Shown: positions 24,053-34,707 of the stretch, one piece after another
How the letters are laid out: every line of letters begins with the position of its first letter
Numbering within the stretch: the stretch's first letter is position 1
Source: Caecitellus pseudoparvulus
Taxonomy: Eukaryota > Protista > Bigyra: Bicosoecida
NCBI GenBank assembly: GCA_965644315.1
Contig: CBFFRQ010000035.1
Span: 49,277-113,276 of the forward strand
Direction of reading: 5' to 3'
DNA: 64,000 nucleotides
The notes under the pieces: generated by a model
Databases searched by the model: none
Seen by the model: only the letters and a program-made list of their open reading frames with translations
What the model was told of the DNA's origin: nothing
Translations under genes and position numbers: made by a program

Positions 24053-24354
24053 GGTAGCGGGAATTACAAGAGATGACCTTGGGATGCGGCAGAAGGTGTG
24101 GCAACATGACAGCGCTCGTCCTAGCTGTGTTGCAGTCGAGGTTTGCCAGCGAGCAGCTTCTTGCGTTGCAGGCAAGGCACCCCCCCTCCCGCACCATAGC
24201 TCGGAAATCCATGTCCCCCCAGCAGTACCGACCACCCCACAAAACTACTCACATCTTAAGTCCGTTCCCCAGCCCCCTCGCGCCGCACACTGCACCAGTT
24301 CTTCCTCGTCACTTCGACGGAATTCCGCAGAACCCCCTTTCAGCCTCAGTCACC
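24053..24354. promoter_or_regulatory. Probable bidirectional promoter GRX3 <-> thioredoxin
   Basis: Only 302 nt separate the divergent ATGs. Contains TCACTTCGACGGAATTCCGCA upstream of the Trx ATG. Confidence 0.55.
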
Positions 24355-24937
24355 ATGCCTACCGTGATCAACACCACCGCGGAGTGGACTGAGCTCATGG
24401 AGAAGAGCAAGACCACCCCCGTTGTCGTGGACTTCTACGCTGACTGTGCGTGCCTGCAAGCTATGGCCAGGGAGTTCTGTGCGCGCCCACGCCGCTGCTC
24501 CTTGATTCCGCCGCAGGGTGTGGCCCCTGCAAGATGGTGGCTCCCCACTTCCAGAAGCTGGCAGATGAGCACAGCGATGTGACCTTCGCCAAGGTGGACG
24601 TGGACAACGAGGACATGGAGGTGCGTTGCGGCAGCTGACAGCTGCGGGATTCCGCGCTGCACGTCACTGCCACGCCAAACTCGTGGCGCTGCCTGGCCAG
24701 CCCGCGCACTCTGCCCTCGCCCTCTCCCCTGGCAGGACACCATCGGCGAGGTCGGCATTGCTGCCATGCCCACCTTCATGGTCTTCAAGGACGGCAAGAA
24801 GGTGCGTTGTCCCGACAGCTGACAAAGCAGCTGACGCAGCTGCTCAAGCCTTCCTCACCCTCCACTTGTCTCAGGTTGCCACCCTCACCGGCGCCGACCA
24901 GGCCAAGCTGACTGCCCTGGTGGAGGACAACAAGTAA
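24355..24937 (+). CDS. TRX: Thioredoxin (WCGPC); 4 exons
   Basis: VVVDFYAD-W|CGPC, with the W codon split by the first intron; FAKVDVD, AMPTFMVFKDG and C-terminal TGADQAKL. Confidence 0.95.
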
Positions 24938-24962
24938 ATACATTGCCTCTCCCTGACACGTC

Positions 24963-25823
24963 TCAGCCCTCACCTTCTTGTGCCTCGGCGCCACTGCCGC
25001 TCGCCTCTGGCTCACTCGCCAGCGCCCCGCTTGCAAGCGGCGCAGCTGGCGCCTTGACGGGGGACTGAAAGGCCATCGCTGGGGGCAGGGCCTCCCGCCG
25101 CTGCATGTGGGTAGCCTCCCCAGTCGCCACAACGTGAGGGGGGGAGCTGGTGGGCGAGTCACCACGTGCCGCGGCAGGGGAGCTTGGAGCCGACAGGGTG
25201 CTGGGCTGTGCCTGCCCGACAGCAAGGCTCGTCACGGTTGGCTCGATGCTCGCCAGGCTTCCAGGCTGTCCTACTGTGCCCTGTGTCAGAGGCATCCACG
25301 TGGCGAGGGAGTCGATGACTCCCTGCAACGCACGGAACCACTGCGCCAGGGCGTCTGCGCTGTGGCAGATCAGAGCCTCGGTCTGCACAAAGCGTGGAGC
25401 AGAGGAATGTGCGGTTGGGCGAGGCATATCATGGGGGAGGCGGCTGGCGGCACGCACGCGGGCGTTGGGGGGCGCAGTCTGCAGCACCAGCACGTGTGGC
25501 CAGCGAGCCATGTCAATGCGTGGGTGGGACGACGCCTGTGCGACGGTGGCTCCGTGGAGGAAATAGGACCCCTTCGGACGGGCAAGGGGGGATTCTGTCT
25601 CTTCGACAGAGTTGTAGTACTCCAGGTGCGGCCCGTTCAGCACGAAGAAGCGGCGTTGCAAGCGCTTGAAAGCTGCAATGCCCAGGCTCACCCCGCCCAG
25701 CTTTGTCATGAAGCCAGCTCGCATGGGCACTCCTTTCAGCAGCAGTGCCTGTGCTGCCCGCGCATCTGTTACCCCTACAACACACAGTTTACTGCCACTG
25801 TCATGCCATGAGCCGCCCTCCAT
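24963..25823 (-). CDS. PH-domain protein
   Basis: RAGFMTKLGG...KRLQRRFFVL...LEYY...PKGSY.L and terminal helix AQWFRALQ. One probable in-frame intron (~25385-25458). Disordered C-terminal tail. Confidence 0.85.
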   Translation of the reverse strand: MEGGSWHDSGSKLCVVGVTDARAAQALLLKGVPMRAGFMTKLGGVSLGIAAFKRLQRRFFVLNGPHLEYYNSVEETESPLARPKGSYFLHGATVAQASSHPRIDMARWPHVLVLQTAPPNARVRAASRLPHDMPRPTAHSSAPRFVQTEALICHSADALAQWFRALQGVIDSLATWMPLTQGTVGQPGSLASIEPTVTSLAVGQAQPSTLSAPSSPAAARGDSPTSSPPHVVATGEATHMQRREALPPAMAFQSPVKAPAAPLASGALASEPEASGSGAEAQEGEG

Positions 25824-26081
25824 GGGCGGCAGATTGGCTGCAGGGTGGGCAGGCGTCCAAAACGCAAGTGAAACGCTGCTCACGGATGCGCTGCTTTGTG
25901 CAGCCCAGACAATTGCATTGCGCAGCCCACTGCCAGAGACGAGTTGCAGGGGTTTGTGGTTTTCTTAGTGCTCCCGGTTCTGTGACATGCTGTGAGCCAG
26001 GCAAGATTGCTTGCCTGGCCAGGGGACAGCCTGCCTGCGCTTCATCGCTTTGGCCTTCACTGGAGACGCCAGAGCTTCACT

Positions 26082-27042
26082 CTACTTCTGCAGCTTGCTG
26101 GCTGCTGCCGTGTCGATGAACCATGTCAGGCGGCCAGAAGTGGGTGCCACCCGCGCGGCTGGGAGCGGCGCTGCGTCTTGCAACGCACCGTCAGCCGCCA
26201 CAGAAGACACCGCCCCAGCCATGGCAGCGATGGCATCAGCTTTGGAGGCACCACAGGCTGTAAAAGCTACCTGCCGTGCAGCGTTGATGAGGGGCAGCGT
26301 CATTGTGATGCGCTGGGGGGGCGGCTTTGGCGAGTCTGTGATGGACGCAATGAGTCGCGTGGTCTCACTCAGAAGCGCGTGCCCAGGGAATAGGGATGCT
26401 GTGTGGCCGTCAGGTCCCATGCCCAACAGCACCAAGTCGATGCTGGGCGGACTGGCAGCGGCGCTTGTGGCGCCCAGCGCTGTCAGCATGCGAGCTTCGT
26501 AGTCAGCAGCCTGAGCAGGGGCGTCTCCCACAAACACGTCAATGGCCACCATCTGGGAGCGGGTCACGCCTAGCTGTGCACAAGCGCGGTTGGGGAGGGT
26601 GTTTCATCGCTCTGGCGACGAGCAATCGCAGGCCGACAACTCACGTCCTCCAGCGGGGCCAGTGTGCCTTTGAAGTTGCTGTCGTCGTCCTCCAAGGGCA
26701 CACAGCGCTCGTCAGCATACAGTACGATCCACTTGGCAGGCTGCAGCTCCTTGCGCTGATCCTCTGTCAGCGCGGTCAGCCCATGGTGCACTTGCTGCGG
26801 AGTGGGAGCTGCGGAATTCGGGCCCACCTGCACGGCGAACCAGGCGCGCCCTGCCGCCGCACCTGAATCTGAGAGCCCCCGGAAAAGGCAATGGAGAATG
26901 AATCACGATCTTTCAAGGCCTCTGTCGCAGCGGCATGGATGAACTTCCCCAAGAGCTCGCTGGAGGAGTCTTTGTCCGGCGCCACGTCCAACACGCCAGC
27001 CCAGCCTTCGCTGCCCCACGCCGTCGGCGCACTGGCAGCCAT
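26082..27042 (-). CDS. PGL: 6-phosphogluconolactonase; 3 exons (alternative in-frame upstream ATG at 27111)
   Basis: FSIAFSGGS, ADERCVP...DSN, DLVLLGMGPDGHTASLFPGH, DSPKPPPQRITMTLPLIN and WFID.AAA. Confidence 0.95.
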
Positions 27043-27165
27043 GCCTGCAACTAGCTGCGATGCCAGGAGGTAGAACAAGCCAAAGAGGCAAAGATTCCCA
27101 GTCCTGCGCATGGTTTCCTACTCCCGTGCATTGTAGCCTCGTGTGCTGCAGTGTGAAGGGAGTGC

Positions 27166-30100
27166 ATGTCAGCGGCCAATCGCGTCGCCTGCTCAAAACA
27201 ACCTGCCTCGCCCATCGGCGCCCACCGCCCTCGTGACAGCCACGGACTGCTTCCAGGGCGAAGGTGCTCTTGTCTCCGCCAGGTCATTGTGCCCTTCCGG
27301 ATCCCAGCTGCTGCCAGCGCCCACGTGCTCCTGCGAGCCGCAGAAGTCAGCGGCGCCACACGTGCACTGGCGTGTGCGCGAGCCTCAGGACCCACCCCAT
27401 TCCATGTGCGTCGCCCCTGCCGCGCAGGGCCGCCTTTCAGCTGCCCAGGGGATGATTCAGGCTGTGCTCCCCCCTGTCTTCGCCCAAGCCAGGCAGGGCC
27501 TGCGCCGCGGCGTCGCACGATCCATGGGGCTCTTCACTGGAAACCTCCCCCTCCTTCCGCCGCTCGCAGGGCACAAGGCGCGGCACACGGGGGCGATGCA
27601 CCCCCGAAAAGCACGCCAATTACCCCCTTGGGTGCCCCCCAGGACTCTGGGGGGCTGCCTGGTTCTTACCCCCCCTTGTTCGGGCGCTGTGCTCCTGCGT
27701 GCGAGCAAGGCACGTGTGCGAGGAGCACACATGTCGGGAAATGGACACGCCAGCTGTGCGCCGTGACACGCCTGCGCTGGCTTGTGCTGTGGCGGCGCAA
27801 GGTAGCCATGTGTTTCACCTTGTTTGTGCCGGCAGTGTTCGTCCTGCTGCTTTACGGCTGCGCGCTTGGCGTGGACTTGTCGTTCCAGCCGCCCCGCCCC
27901 CCCACGCACGAAGCCCTGGGGCCGCTGACCCTCTGCAGGCGCTGGGACGTGTACAACGCCCCTGTGGGTCGCAACAACATCCCTTGTATCACCCTCGCCG
28001 TCGCTCCCATCCCTGCCTCCGACCCCGCCCACCCCCTGGCAGTCGTTGCCGCCGACCTCCAGCGCGCAGCAGGTTTGCCGCCTGCTGACGGCCGGCGAGT
28101 GCCAGTGCAGACCTTTGCGTCCGCAGAGCACATTGCAGAGTACATGTATGAACACCCCGGCGAAGTAGACATGGCAGTGGTCTTCACAGCGTTCCCGGGG
28201 CAGGCTGCGAACGTGACTACCTGGGACTATGAGCTGTGGGTGAACACGACGGCCTTGTCGGGCTACAGCAACGCAGGCATGGACAAGCTGATGCCTGGCA
28301 TGGGCGTCTCCGCCCGGCGCCTGCGTGCCCAAGCTGCCGTGGATGCCGCAATCCTCTCCTACGTCGGGGGCCGCCCTGCCTCGGTGGGCATCACCGTCGG
28401 CTCCAAACCCATCGTAAACCCACCCGAGCGGGAGCGGACGTTCCCCGGCTCAGCCACAGCTGACCGCCGCTTGGGCGAAGTCCACGGTGCCGCCCCTCGG
28501 CGTCTGCAAGCCGTCCCTGTCGTGAACCTGGGCTTCATTTTCGTGCGCTTTGCAGCCGCACCCTTCATCACTCTCGGCTACTGCATCGGCGGGTTCATCC
28601 TCCTCACCATCGTCACTGGCGAGAAGCGAGACGGCCTTCTCGGACAACTGCGGTCTTGGGGTGCTGCTGAAAGCACCTTGTGGATTTCCTGGCTCCTGGT
28701 TGCCGCTGGGCTGTCAGCTGCAACGGCAGTCGTCACCAGCATCGCCGGGTACGCCACCGGCATGCTGCTGTTTGTGAACACGAACTGGTTCGTGTGGTTC
28801 CTGGCCTTGACCGTGTTTGGCACCCTCGTGCACGCGTACTTTCTTTCGTGGGCCTCCCACGTTTCACGCCCGGCGTACGTGAACCTGCTCATTTTCCTGT
28901 CCATGTCCATCGCCATTGGCGTGTCCTTCTTCCTCGGCTTCCTGCCGCCCCTCCTGCTGTACACGCCGTCTTTCACACCCATCGGCAAGCTGTTCTTCTT
29001 CCCCCAGCCGTGGGCGCACTTTGCGCAGTTCACAGGGGCCATCTTGAGCGTGACGGGCTTCCAGGGCTCAGAACACCTGGGGATCAACCCTGGCACCTTC
29101 ACGCTGGGGGATATGTCCACGCACACGTTCCACGCGGACTCTTGCGGCATCAGCCCCAACCGGCGGCTGTCCGGCGTGCAGCCTCAAATCGCTGCACAAC
29201 CTGGCGAGATGTGGGCCCAGCTGTCAACTGCCGCAGGCCACGGTGTTGTCGGGCCACTTGCTGCCCGTTTTTTGGGCTGGGATGCTGCAGCAACTGGGTC
29301 GGCAGTGGAAGGGGCCGTCGGCAGTGTCGGGCGCAGCATGCAAGCCATGGCGACAGCCCTCGTGGACGAGGAGGCGGTGCACCAAGGACGCAACTTGCAG
29401 GTAAGGGACGATGACGACGCCACCTCCACATTTGGCTGCCGGGAAATCGAAAGCGGGACTGCCGGCAGTGTCGTTGGGTGGATGCTGCTGTTCACGCTGG
29501 TGTACCAAGTCACAGCCATCTGCTTTGGCCTGTGGCTGCCGTCTGAGAAGTCGGCTGGTCAGCCGCTGGCTGCGACCTGCCGCTCTTGCTGCAGTCGAAG
29601 CAGCGGCTCCCAGTCTGCGACGCCTGTGCCTGGGGACACCATGGGGCACTTGAGGGCCACTTCGACCTCCACCGGCTCGTTGGTTGCCTACAAAGTGTCC
29701 AAGGTGTACAAGTCGGCCACTGCCTGTTCGGAAATCAGCATGCGCGTGGACAAGGGGCAGGTGGCGGCGCTGCTGGGCGTGAACGGCAGTGGCAAGAGCA
29801 GCTTCCTCAACGTCATTGCGGGGGTGACGCCCATGTCTCACGGGGAGGCATTCGTCGCTGGCATGAGCGTGCGGGAGGACATGGGCGAACTGCGCTCAAC
29901 GCTGGGGTACTGCCCCCAGGCCACCATCGTCTGGCCACACCTGACCCCCTTCGAACACATGGCCGTCGTCGCTGGTGTGCGTGGCCTGGATGCTGACGCT
30001 GCAGCTCAAGAAGCCTGTCAGCTCCTGCAGGACGTGTCGCTGAGCGGCCCCCTCGCGCACGCGCGGGTGAGTGGCTTCTCTGGCGGCATGCAGCGTCGCG

Positions 30101-33100
30101 TGCAGGTGGCCATGACCTGCCTGGGAGCCACCAGCCTGTGTGTTCTGGACGAGCCCACCGCCGCAACAGACCCCAGCAGTCGTCGGGGCATTTGGCGCCT
30201 CATCCAGCGCGTGCGCGCGGATCGCATGGTGCTGCTGGCGTCGCACGACATGGCGGAGGTGGAGGCGCTGGCTGACAGCGTGGCAGTCGTCCACGGCGGC
30301 CGCCTGAAAGCGTTTGGCAGCGTGCCGCACCTGCAGGCCACGTACAGCTCTGGCGCCCAAGCGAGGGCTGTGGTGAACGTGCCCATGTCTGCCGTGCTGG
30401 CTGCCACGCCGCTCATGGCAGCTCCCTCCACGGACTTGCTGCTTGCCCTGGGCGGCGTGTCCTCAGTGCAGCAACTGGCAGTCGGGCACGCCCCCTCCAT
30501 GGTGGACTCGACGCCGCCTCTCCCCCAGGTGGCTCGGGTGCTGGAGGCCCTGCAACGCATCCCCGGTGTTGAGGTGACCCGCTGCACAGACGGGCGCACG
30601 CTGACCATCACCATCCCCCGCACCGCACACGACGGCATCCCCGCCACGCTGCGCACGCTGCAGGAATTGACGCTGGACACACGAGCAGCTGGCACAGAGA
30701 CGGGGCTTCTCCTGGAGTGGTCCCTCACCTCTGCCAGCATGCAGGATGTGTTTCTGCGCATCACCGATGCGGCACAGGCATTGAACTCAGGAGCCGCCCC
30801 CGCTGCCACTCAAGGAGGGGCACCACCCCCCCCTCCACGACTCAAGGAACATCCCGAAAGCCACCATGCTGCAGTGGACGTTCCGCTGCCGGCCAGTGCC
30901 ACTGACGCTGCCCAGCTGGGTTTTGACGCGGCTGGCCATCCAAAGGGCGTGGCGGCCTCCTGCGGTGCGCAGGCCCTGAGCTTGCTGGCGCTGCAGCTGA
31001 GGCTGGAAGCCAAGTCGTGGAAAGTAAACGCGTGTCGCTGCTGCTGCTTCCTAGTCTCCCTCTTCATTGGCGGCGGCTTCACGCTGTCCAGTGCCGTGGT
31101 GAACATCGCTGTGCCAGAGTATGTGCAGTGCCCGACCGGGTACCTGCTGCCGCTGGACCCCAACTCGAACTATGCTCAGGAGCTGACTTCGTGCAAGAAA
31201 GACGCTTTCCTCGTGACTCTGCTGGCCGCCAACTCGTCTGTCTTTGGCCTGGTCCCCATGTGGAAAGATGCCGCCCCCAGCGCAGGCCGCCCGACACCGT
31301 ACTTGCTCCCCAACACCTCCACCCCAGCAGACGTACAGTGGGCATACACCAGCACGACATTTGAGGGGGGTGCACCTTTTGAACGGTCACCCCTGACTGT
31401 CCTGTATTCCGACAGCGGGGCTGACATCTCCTCGCCATCAGGGGGCACCGACACCCAAGCAGCGCTGCCCTTCCTGTTCGGGCCGTGGCAAACGCAGGCT
31501 GCCATGACCAATCTGGCGGACGTGCCTGATGTGACGTCACTGCTGCCTTTCTTCGGTGATGCCTCGGTGGGGAGCTTGCCCAAGCCGCTGCCAGGGTCAG
31601 CACAGGCGTACGCCACTGTGTCGGATGCGCTGTTGGCGGCTCAGAACCTCGCCAAGAGCCACAACCCCGCCGCGCAGCTGGAGCAGTGTGACCGCTACGC
31701 ATACCTAGCGGCAAGGGACCCTGTGGGCATTGCAAATGCTTCCTTCGCCCGGGAGTACGCTGCAGCGGTGGTGCCAGACATTGCCTTGCAGGTGCATGAA
31801 GCCACACTTGGCACAGGCGCAAGCACCTCCTCCCTGGCCTACACAGCCCTCGTCTCGCCTTTCTCGGGACAGTATACTGACAGCCGATACACACAGATCC
31901 TGACAGAGTCCCCCTCTGCCCCCCAGCCGTTCAATTGCTCCTCCCTGCGTGACGCATCGTCTTACCCGTTGGAGCACCGGCCAACCTGGCCAGTGCTCGC
32001 GACGCCTTCCAAGACGGCGTGGCGTGGTGCTCTGCCGCTGGCCCCCCTCATGTCTGCCATCGCTACGGCTGCTGGGCAGACTCTGAGCGGCCAGCCCGAC
32101 TTTGCCATCCGCCCCACTCTGCGCCGCATGCCGAAGCTGAAGTACAGCCCGCTGGGTGGCGAGGCTGAGGACGTGCAGACCCTCGTGGGCACAGCAGCGG
32201 TGCAGGTCATCATGTGGCTCATTCTCTGCACGCAGCTGGTGTTCCCGTCTCTGTGGTACACCCTCACCAAGGAGCGCACGAGCGGCCTGCACCTGCTCAT
32301 GAAGCAGACCTCCATGCAGCTCCTCGCGTATTACGGGGGGTGGTACGTGCACTGCATGCTGCTGGGTTGTTCCTTCGCTTTTGCCTTCTTCCTCCTCGGC
32401 GACGCGCTGGGGTCCAACAACATGGAACACATCGGGCCGGGCCTGCTGATCCTGCTCGTGCTGCTGGGCATGCACGCCAGCACAGGCCTGGTGTTCCTGG
32501 GCTCCGCCCTCGTACACCGCCCCCGCACAGCCCTCATCGTCGGCATCATGGGCCTCTTCGTGTACGCTGTCGGGTCGCCAGTCCTAGTCAGCGTGCTGCT
32601 GCTGGATGGCTGGACAGACGCCATGCTGCTGTTCCCTCCCCTGGCCTACCTCCGTGCCGCGACGCTGCTGGTGGTGTACGGCGGCGACCGTGTGCAGGAC
32701 ATCGCAGGGGAGCCTGCTGACCTGGCCACCTGCATGGTGCTTCTGTTCCTCATGGGCACCCTGGCACTGCTGCTGGGCCCTTACCTGCACGCAGTCATCC
32801 CGTATCAGCGCGGCGAAAGCAGTCGCCACCCCTGCTTTGTGTGTGACCCCCTCACCTGGCGAGTTTGCGGCCTGCGCTGCTCGGAAGTGTGTGCCAACCC
32901 CGCCGACCTCCGGTTCAAACTGGCCCAGGCGCCGTCCCACTCCACCGCAGCGGTGCAGGATGAGCAGGGGCTGGTGTCGGGCCAGTCCACCACCCGGTAC
33001 GGCCAGGAGGGCGTGTGTGGCTGGTGCAGCTCCAGGTACGGCATGCTGGCAGCCAACATCGCTGCTCAGCGGGCGGCCCGTGCCGCTGAAGTGGCGGCGG

Positions 33101-34635
33101 GGGCTGCACCAGAGTCGGGGTATGCGTCGTGGGGGGGCGTGCCACAGGAGACGACTTGGGCAGGGGAGGGGGAGGATGAGGACGTCGAGGCGGAGCGACG
33201 GCGGGTGCTGGGCGGCGAGTATGACGGGTCCATGGGCGGTATGGCGGCCCTGCCGCCCCTGCCCACCCCCACCACCTCTGCCACCACCAGTGGTCAGGAC
33301 CGGGAGGGGCGCTCTGGTGCGGTGCCGGTGGGGGACGTCGTCGCCCCTGCCACGCAGCACGGCTCGCCCCCCGCCGGCATCATCCTGAAACGCGTCAGCA
33401 AGGTGTACCCGTCCATCGCAGGCAGCCCTCCCACCGTGGCGGTGCAGGACCTCAGCATGGCTGTGCAGTACGGCGAGTGCACGGGCCTGCTGGGTCCCAA
33501 CGGCAGCGGCAAGACGACGGTGCTGTCCATGCTGAGCGGGTCGCAGCTGCCGAGCACGGGGGGCCTCTTCGTCGGCGGTCACAACGTCGTCACGGACGTC
33601 GTCGCAGCGCAGGCTGTCGTCGGCGTCGTGCCCCAGGCTGACGTCATGTGGGAGGACCTCACCGTGAAAGAACACTTGGAGTTCTTCGCGGGTGTTCGTG
33701 GCGTGCCCCGCGCCACGCTGGCCGTCGCTGCGCGGCGTGCTGCGGAGAAGGTGTCGCTGGACGGGGACGCCTTCCGCAAGAAAGCCAAGACGCTGTCTGG
33801 CGGGCAGAAGCGCAAACTCTCCCTCGCCATGGCCCTGGTTGGGGAGCCGGCCATCCTGCTCCTGGATGAGTTCACCGCGCGGGTGGATGTGAACACTCGC
33901 CGGTTCCTGTGGGATGTCCTGCTGCGCGAGCGTGCCCAGCGCCAGGTGGCAGTGCTGCTGTCCACGCACTCCATGCTGGAGGCAGAGACACTGTGCACGC
34001 GTGTGGCTGTGCTGGTGCGGGGTCGTCTGCGGTGCATTGGCTCTCCTGTGCACCTGGCTCGCCGCTTTGCAGATGAGTACGCCGTCACCCTGAGCTTCCA
34101 GCGGGCAGCCATGGAGGCAGGCGGTGTTGCGGGTGGCATGGCCTCCCAGACCCTGGACAGCTCCGCGGGGGGTGAGGAGGGGGGCATCGAGCTGGCCAGT
34201 GTGGATGCTGTGCGTGTGGGCATGGCTGAAGCCGTGCACCCTGCCCAGGCGGCGTTGGAGTGGGTGCACGCCAACATCACGCCCTCTGCGACTCTGCAGT
34301 CCACGGTGGGGGTCACAGCCACCATCGCCTTTCCTCGTCAAGGGCGACCTGCCCCCCCCCTGCAGCAGGCGGCGGAGGGGGGGGGTGCAACCGCTGCCAC
34401 GGCGGCTACCGACGGTGCCACAGGTGACCTGGACATGGCAGCAGCGCTGCAGCTGCTGCAAGAAGCACAAGAGAGCCTGGGCATCACTGCCTGGACCCTG
34501 GCCCAGTCCTCTCTGGAGGCTGTCTTCCTGAAGATGACCCAAGGCGGCGGCACAGCTGAGCAGGGCTCTGTGCCCCTGCACGCGGACCATGCCGGTATCT
34601 GCCATTCACTGGCTGCCGGCACATGCTGCCCGTGA
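27166..34635 (+). CDS. Full-size ABC transporter subfamily A (TMD-NBD x2); true start probably between ~27520 and 27750
   Basis: ABCA-type N-terminus (RQLCAVTRLRWLVLWRRK then TM). NBD1: GVNGSGKS, GYCPQ, FSGGMQRR, LDEPT, SHDM.E. NBD2: GPNGSGKT, LSGGQKRK, LDE, THSM.EAE. Both halves end in S(M/L)..VFL. Confidence 0.95.
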   Translation: MSAANRVACSKQPASPIGAHRPRDSHGLLPGRRCSCLRQVIVPFRIPAAASAHVLLRAAEVSGATRALACARASGPTPFHVRRPCRAGPPFSCPGDDSGCAPPCLRPSQAGPAPRRRTIHGALHWKPPPPSAARRAQGAAHGGDAPPKSTPITPLGAPQDSGGLPGSYPPLFGRCAPACEQGTCARSTHVGKWTRQLCAVTRLRWLVLWRRKVAMCFTLFVPAVFVLLLYGCALGVDLSFQPPRPPTHEALGPLTLCRRWDVYNAPVGRNNIPCITLAVAPIPASDPAHPLAVVAADLQRAAGLPPADGRRVPVQTFASAEHIAEYMYEHPGEVDMAVVFTAFPGQAANVTTWDYELWVNTTALSGYSNAGMDKLMPGMGVSARRLRAQAAVDAAILSYVGGRPASVGITVGSKPIVNPPERERTFPGSATADRRLGEVHGAAPRRLQAVPVVNLGFIFVRFAAAPFITLGYCIGGFILLTIVTGEKRDGLLGQLRSWGAAESTLWISWLLVAAGLSAATAVVTSIAGYATGMLLFVNTNWFVWFLALTVFGTLVHAYFLSWASHVSRPAYVNLLIFLSMSIAIGVSFFLGFLPPLLLYTPSFTPIGKLFFFPQPWAHFAQFTGAILSVTGFQGSEHLGINPGTFTLGDMSTHTFHADSCGISPNRRLSGVQPQIAAQPGEMWAQLSTAAGHGVVGPLAARFLGWDAAATGSAVEGAVGSVGRSMQAMATALVDEEAVHQGRNLQVRDDDDATSTFGCREIESGTAGSVVGWMLLFTLVYQVTAICFGLWLPSEKSAGQPLAATCRSCCSRSSGSQSATPVPGDTMGHLRATSTSTGSLVAYKVSKVYKSATACSEISMRVDKGQVAALLGVNGSGKSSFLNVIAGVTPMSHGEAFVAGMSVREDMGELRSTLGYCPQATIVWPHLTPFEHMAVVAGVRGLDADAAAQEACQLLQDVSLSGPLAHARVSGFSGGMQRRVQVAMTCLGATSLCVLDEPTAATDPSSRRGIWRLIQRVRADRMVLLASHDMAEVEALADSVAVVHGGRLKAFGSVPHLQATYSSGAQARAVVNVPMSAVLAATPLMAAPSTDLLLALGGVSSVQQLAVGHAPSMVDSTPPLPQVARVLEALQRIPGVEVTRCTDGRTLTITIPRTAHDGIPATLRTLQELTLDTRAAGTETGLLLEWSLTSASMQDVFLRITDAAQALNSGAAPAATQGGAPPPPPRLKEHPESHHAAVDVPLPASATDAAQLGFDAAGHPKGVAASCGAQALSLLALQLRLEAKSWKVNACRCCCFLVSLFIGGGFTLSSAVVNIAVPEYVQCPTGYLLPLDPNSNYAQELTSCKKDAFLVTLLAANSSVFGLVPMWKDAAPSAGRPTPYLLPNTSTPADVQWAYTSTTFEGGAPFERSPLTVLYSDSGADISSPSGGTDTQAALPFLFGPWQTQAAMTNLADVPDVTSLLPFFGDASVGSLPKPLPGSAQAYATVSDALLAAQNLAKSHNPAAQLEQCDRYAYLAARDPVGIANASFAREYAAAVVPDIALQVHEATLGTGASTSSLAYTALVSPFSGQYTDSRYTQILTESPSAPQPFNCSSLRDASSYPLEHRPTWPVLATPSKTAWRGALPLAPLMSAIATAAGQTLSGQPDFAIRPTLRRMPKLKYSPLGGEAEDVQTLVGTAAVQVIMWLILCTQLVFPSLWYTLTKERTSGLHLLMKQTSMQLLAYYGGWYVHCMLLGCSFAFAFFLLGDALGSNNMEHIGPGLLILLVLLGMHASTGLVFLGSALVHRPRTALIVGIMGLFVYAVGSPVLVSVLLLDGWTDAMLLFPPLAYLRAATLLVVYGGDRVQDIAGEPADLATCMVLLFLMGTLALLLGPYLHAVIPYQRGESSRHPCFVCDPLTWRVCGLRCSEVCANPADLRFKLAQAPSHSTAAVQDEQGLVSGQSTTRYGQEGVCGWCSSRYGMLAANIAAQRAARAAEVAAGAAPESGYASWGGVPQETTWAGEGEDEDVEAERRRVLGGEYDGSMGGMAALPPLPTPTTSATTSGQDREGRSGAVPVGDVVAPATQHGSPPAGIILKRVSKVYPSIAGSPPTVAVQDLSMAVQYGECTGLLGPNGSGKTTVLSMLSGSQLPSTGGLFVGGHNVVTDVVAAQAVVGVVPQADVMWEDLTVKEHLEFFAGVRGVPRATLAVAARRAAEKVSLDGDAFRKKAKTLSGGQKRKLSLAMALVGEPAILLLDEFTARVDVNTRRFLWDVLLRERAQRQVAVLLSTHSMLEAETLCTRVAVLVRGRLRCIGSPVHLARRFADEYAVTLSFQRAAMEAGGVAGGMASQTLDSSAGGEEGGIELASVDAVRVGMAEAVHPAQAALEWVHANITPSATLQSTVGVTATIAFPRQGRPAPPLQQAAEGGGATAATAATDGATGDLDMAAALQLLQEAQESLGITAWTLAQSSLEAVFLKMTQGGGTAEQGSVPLHADHAGICHSLAAGTCCP

Positions 34636-34707
34636 CGGAGGGGTGCGTGGCTTCCGCGGGCAGCGGTGGCCGGCAATACATTCTGCATGTGACCTGTTGG
34701 CGTGCAT

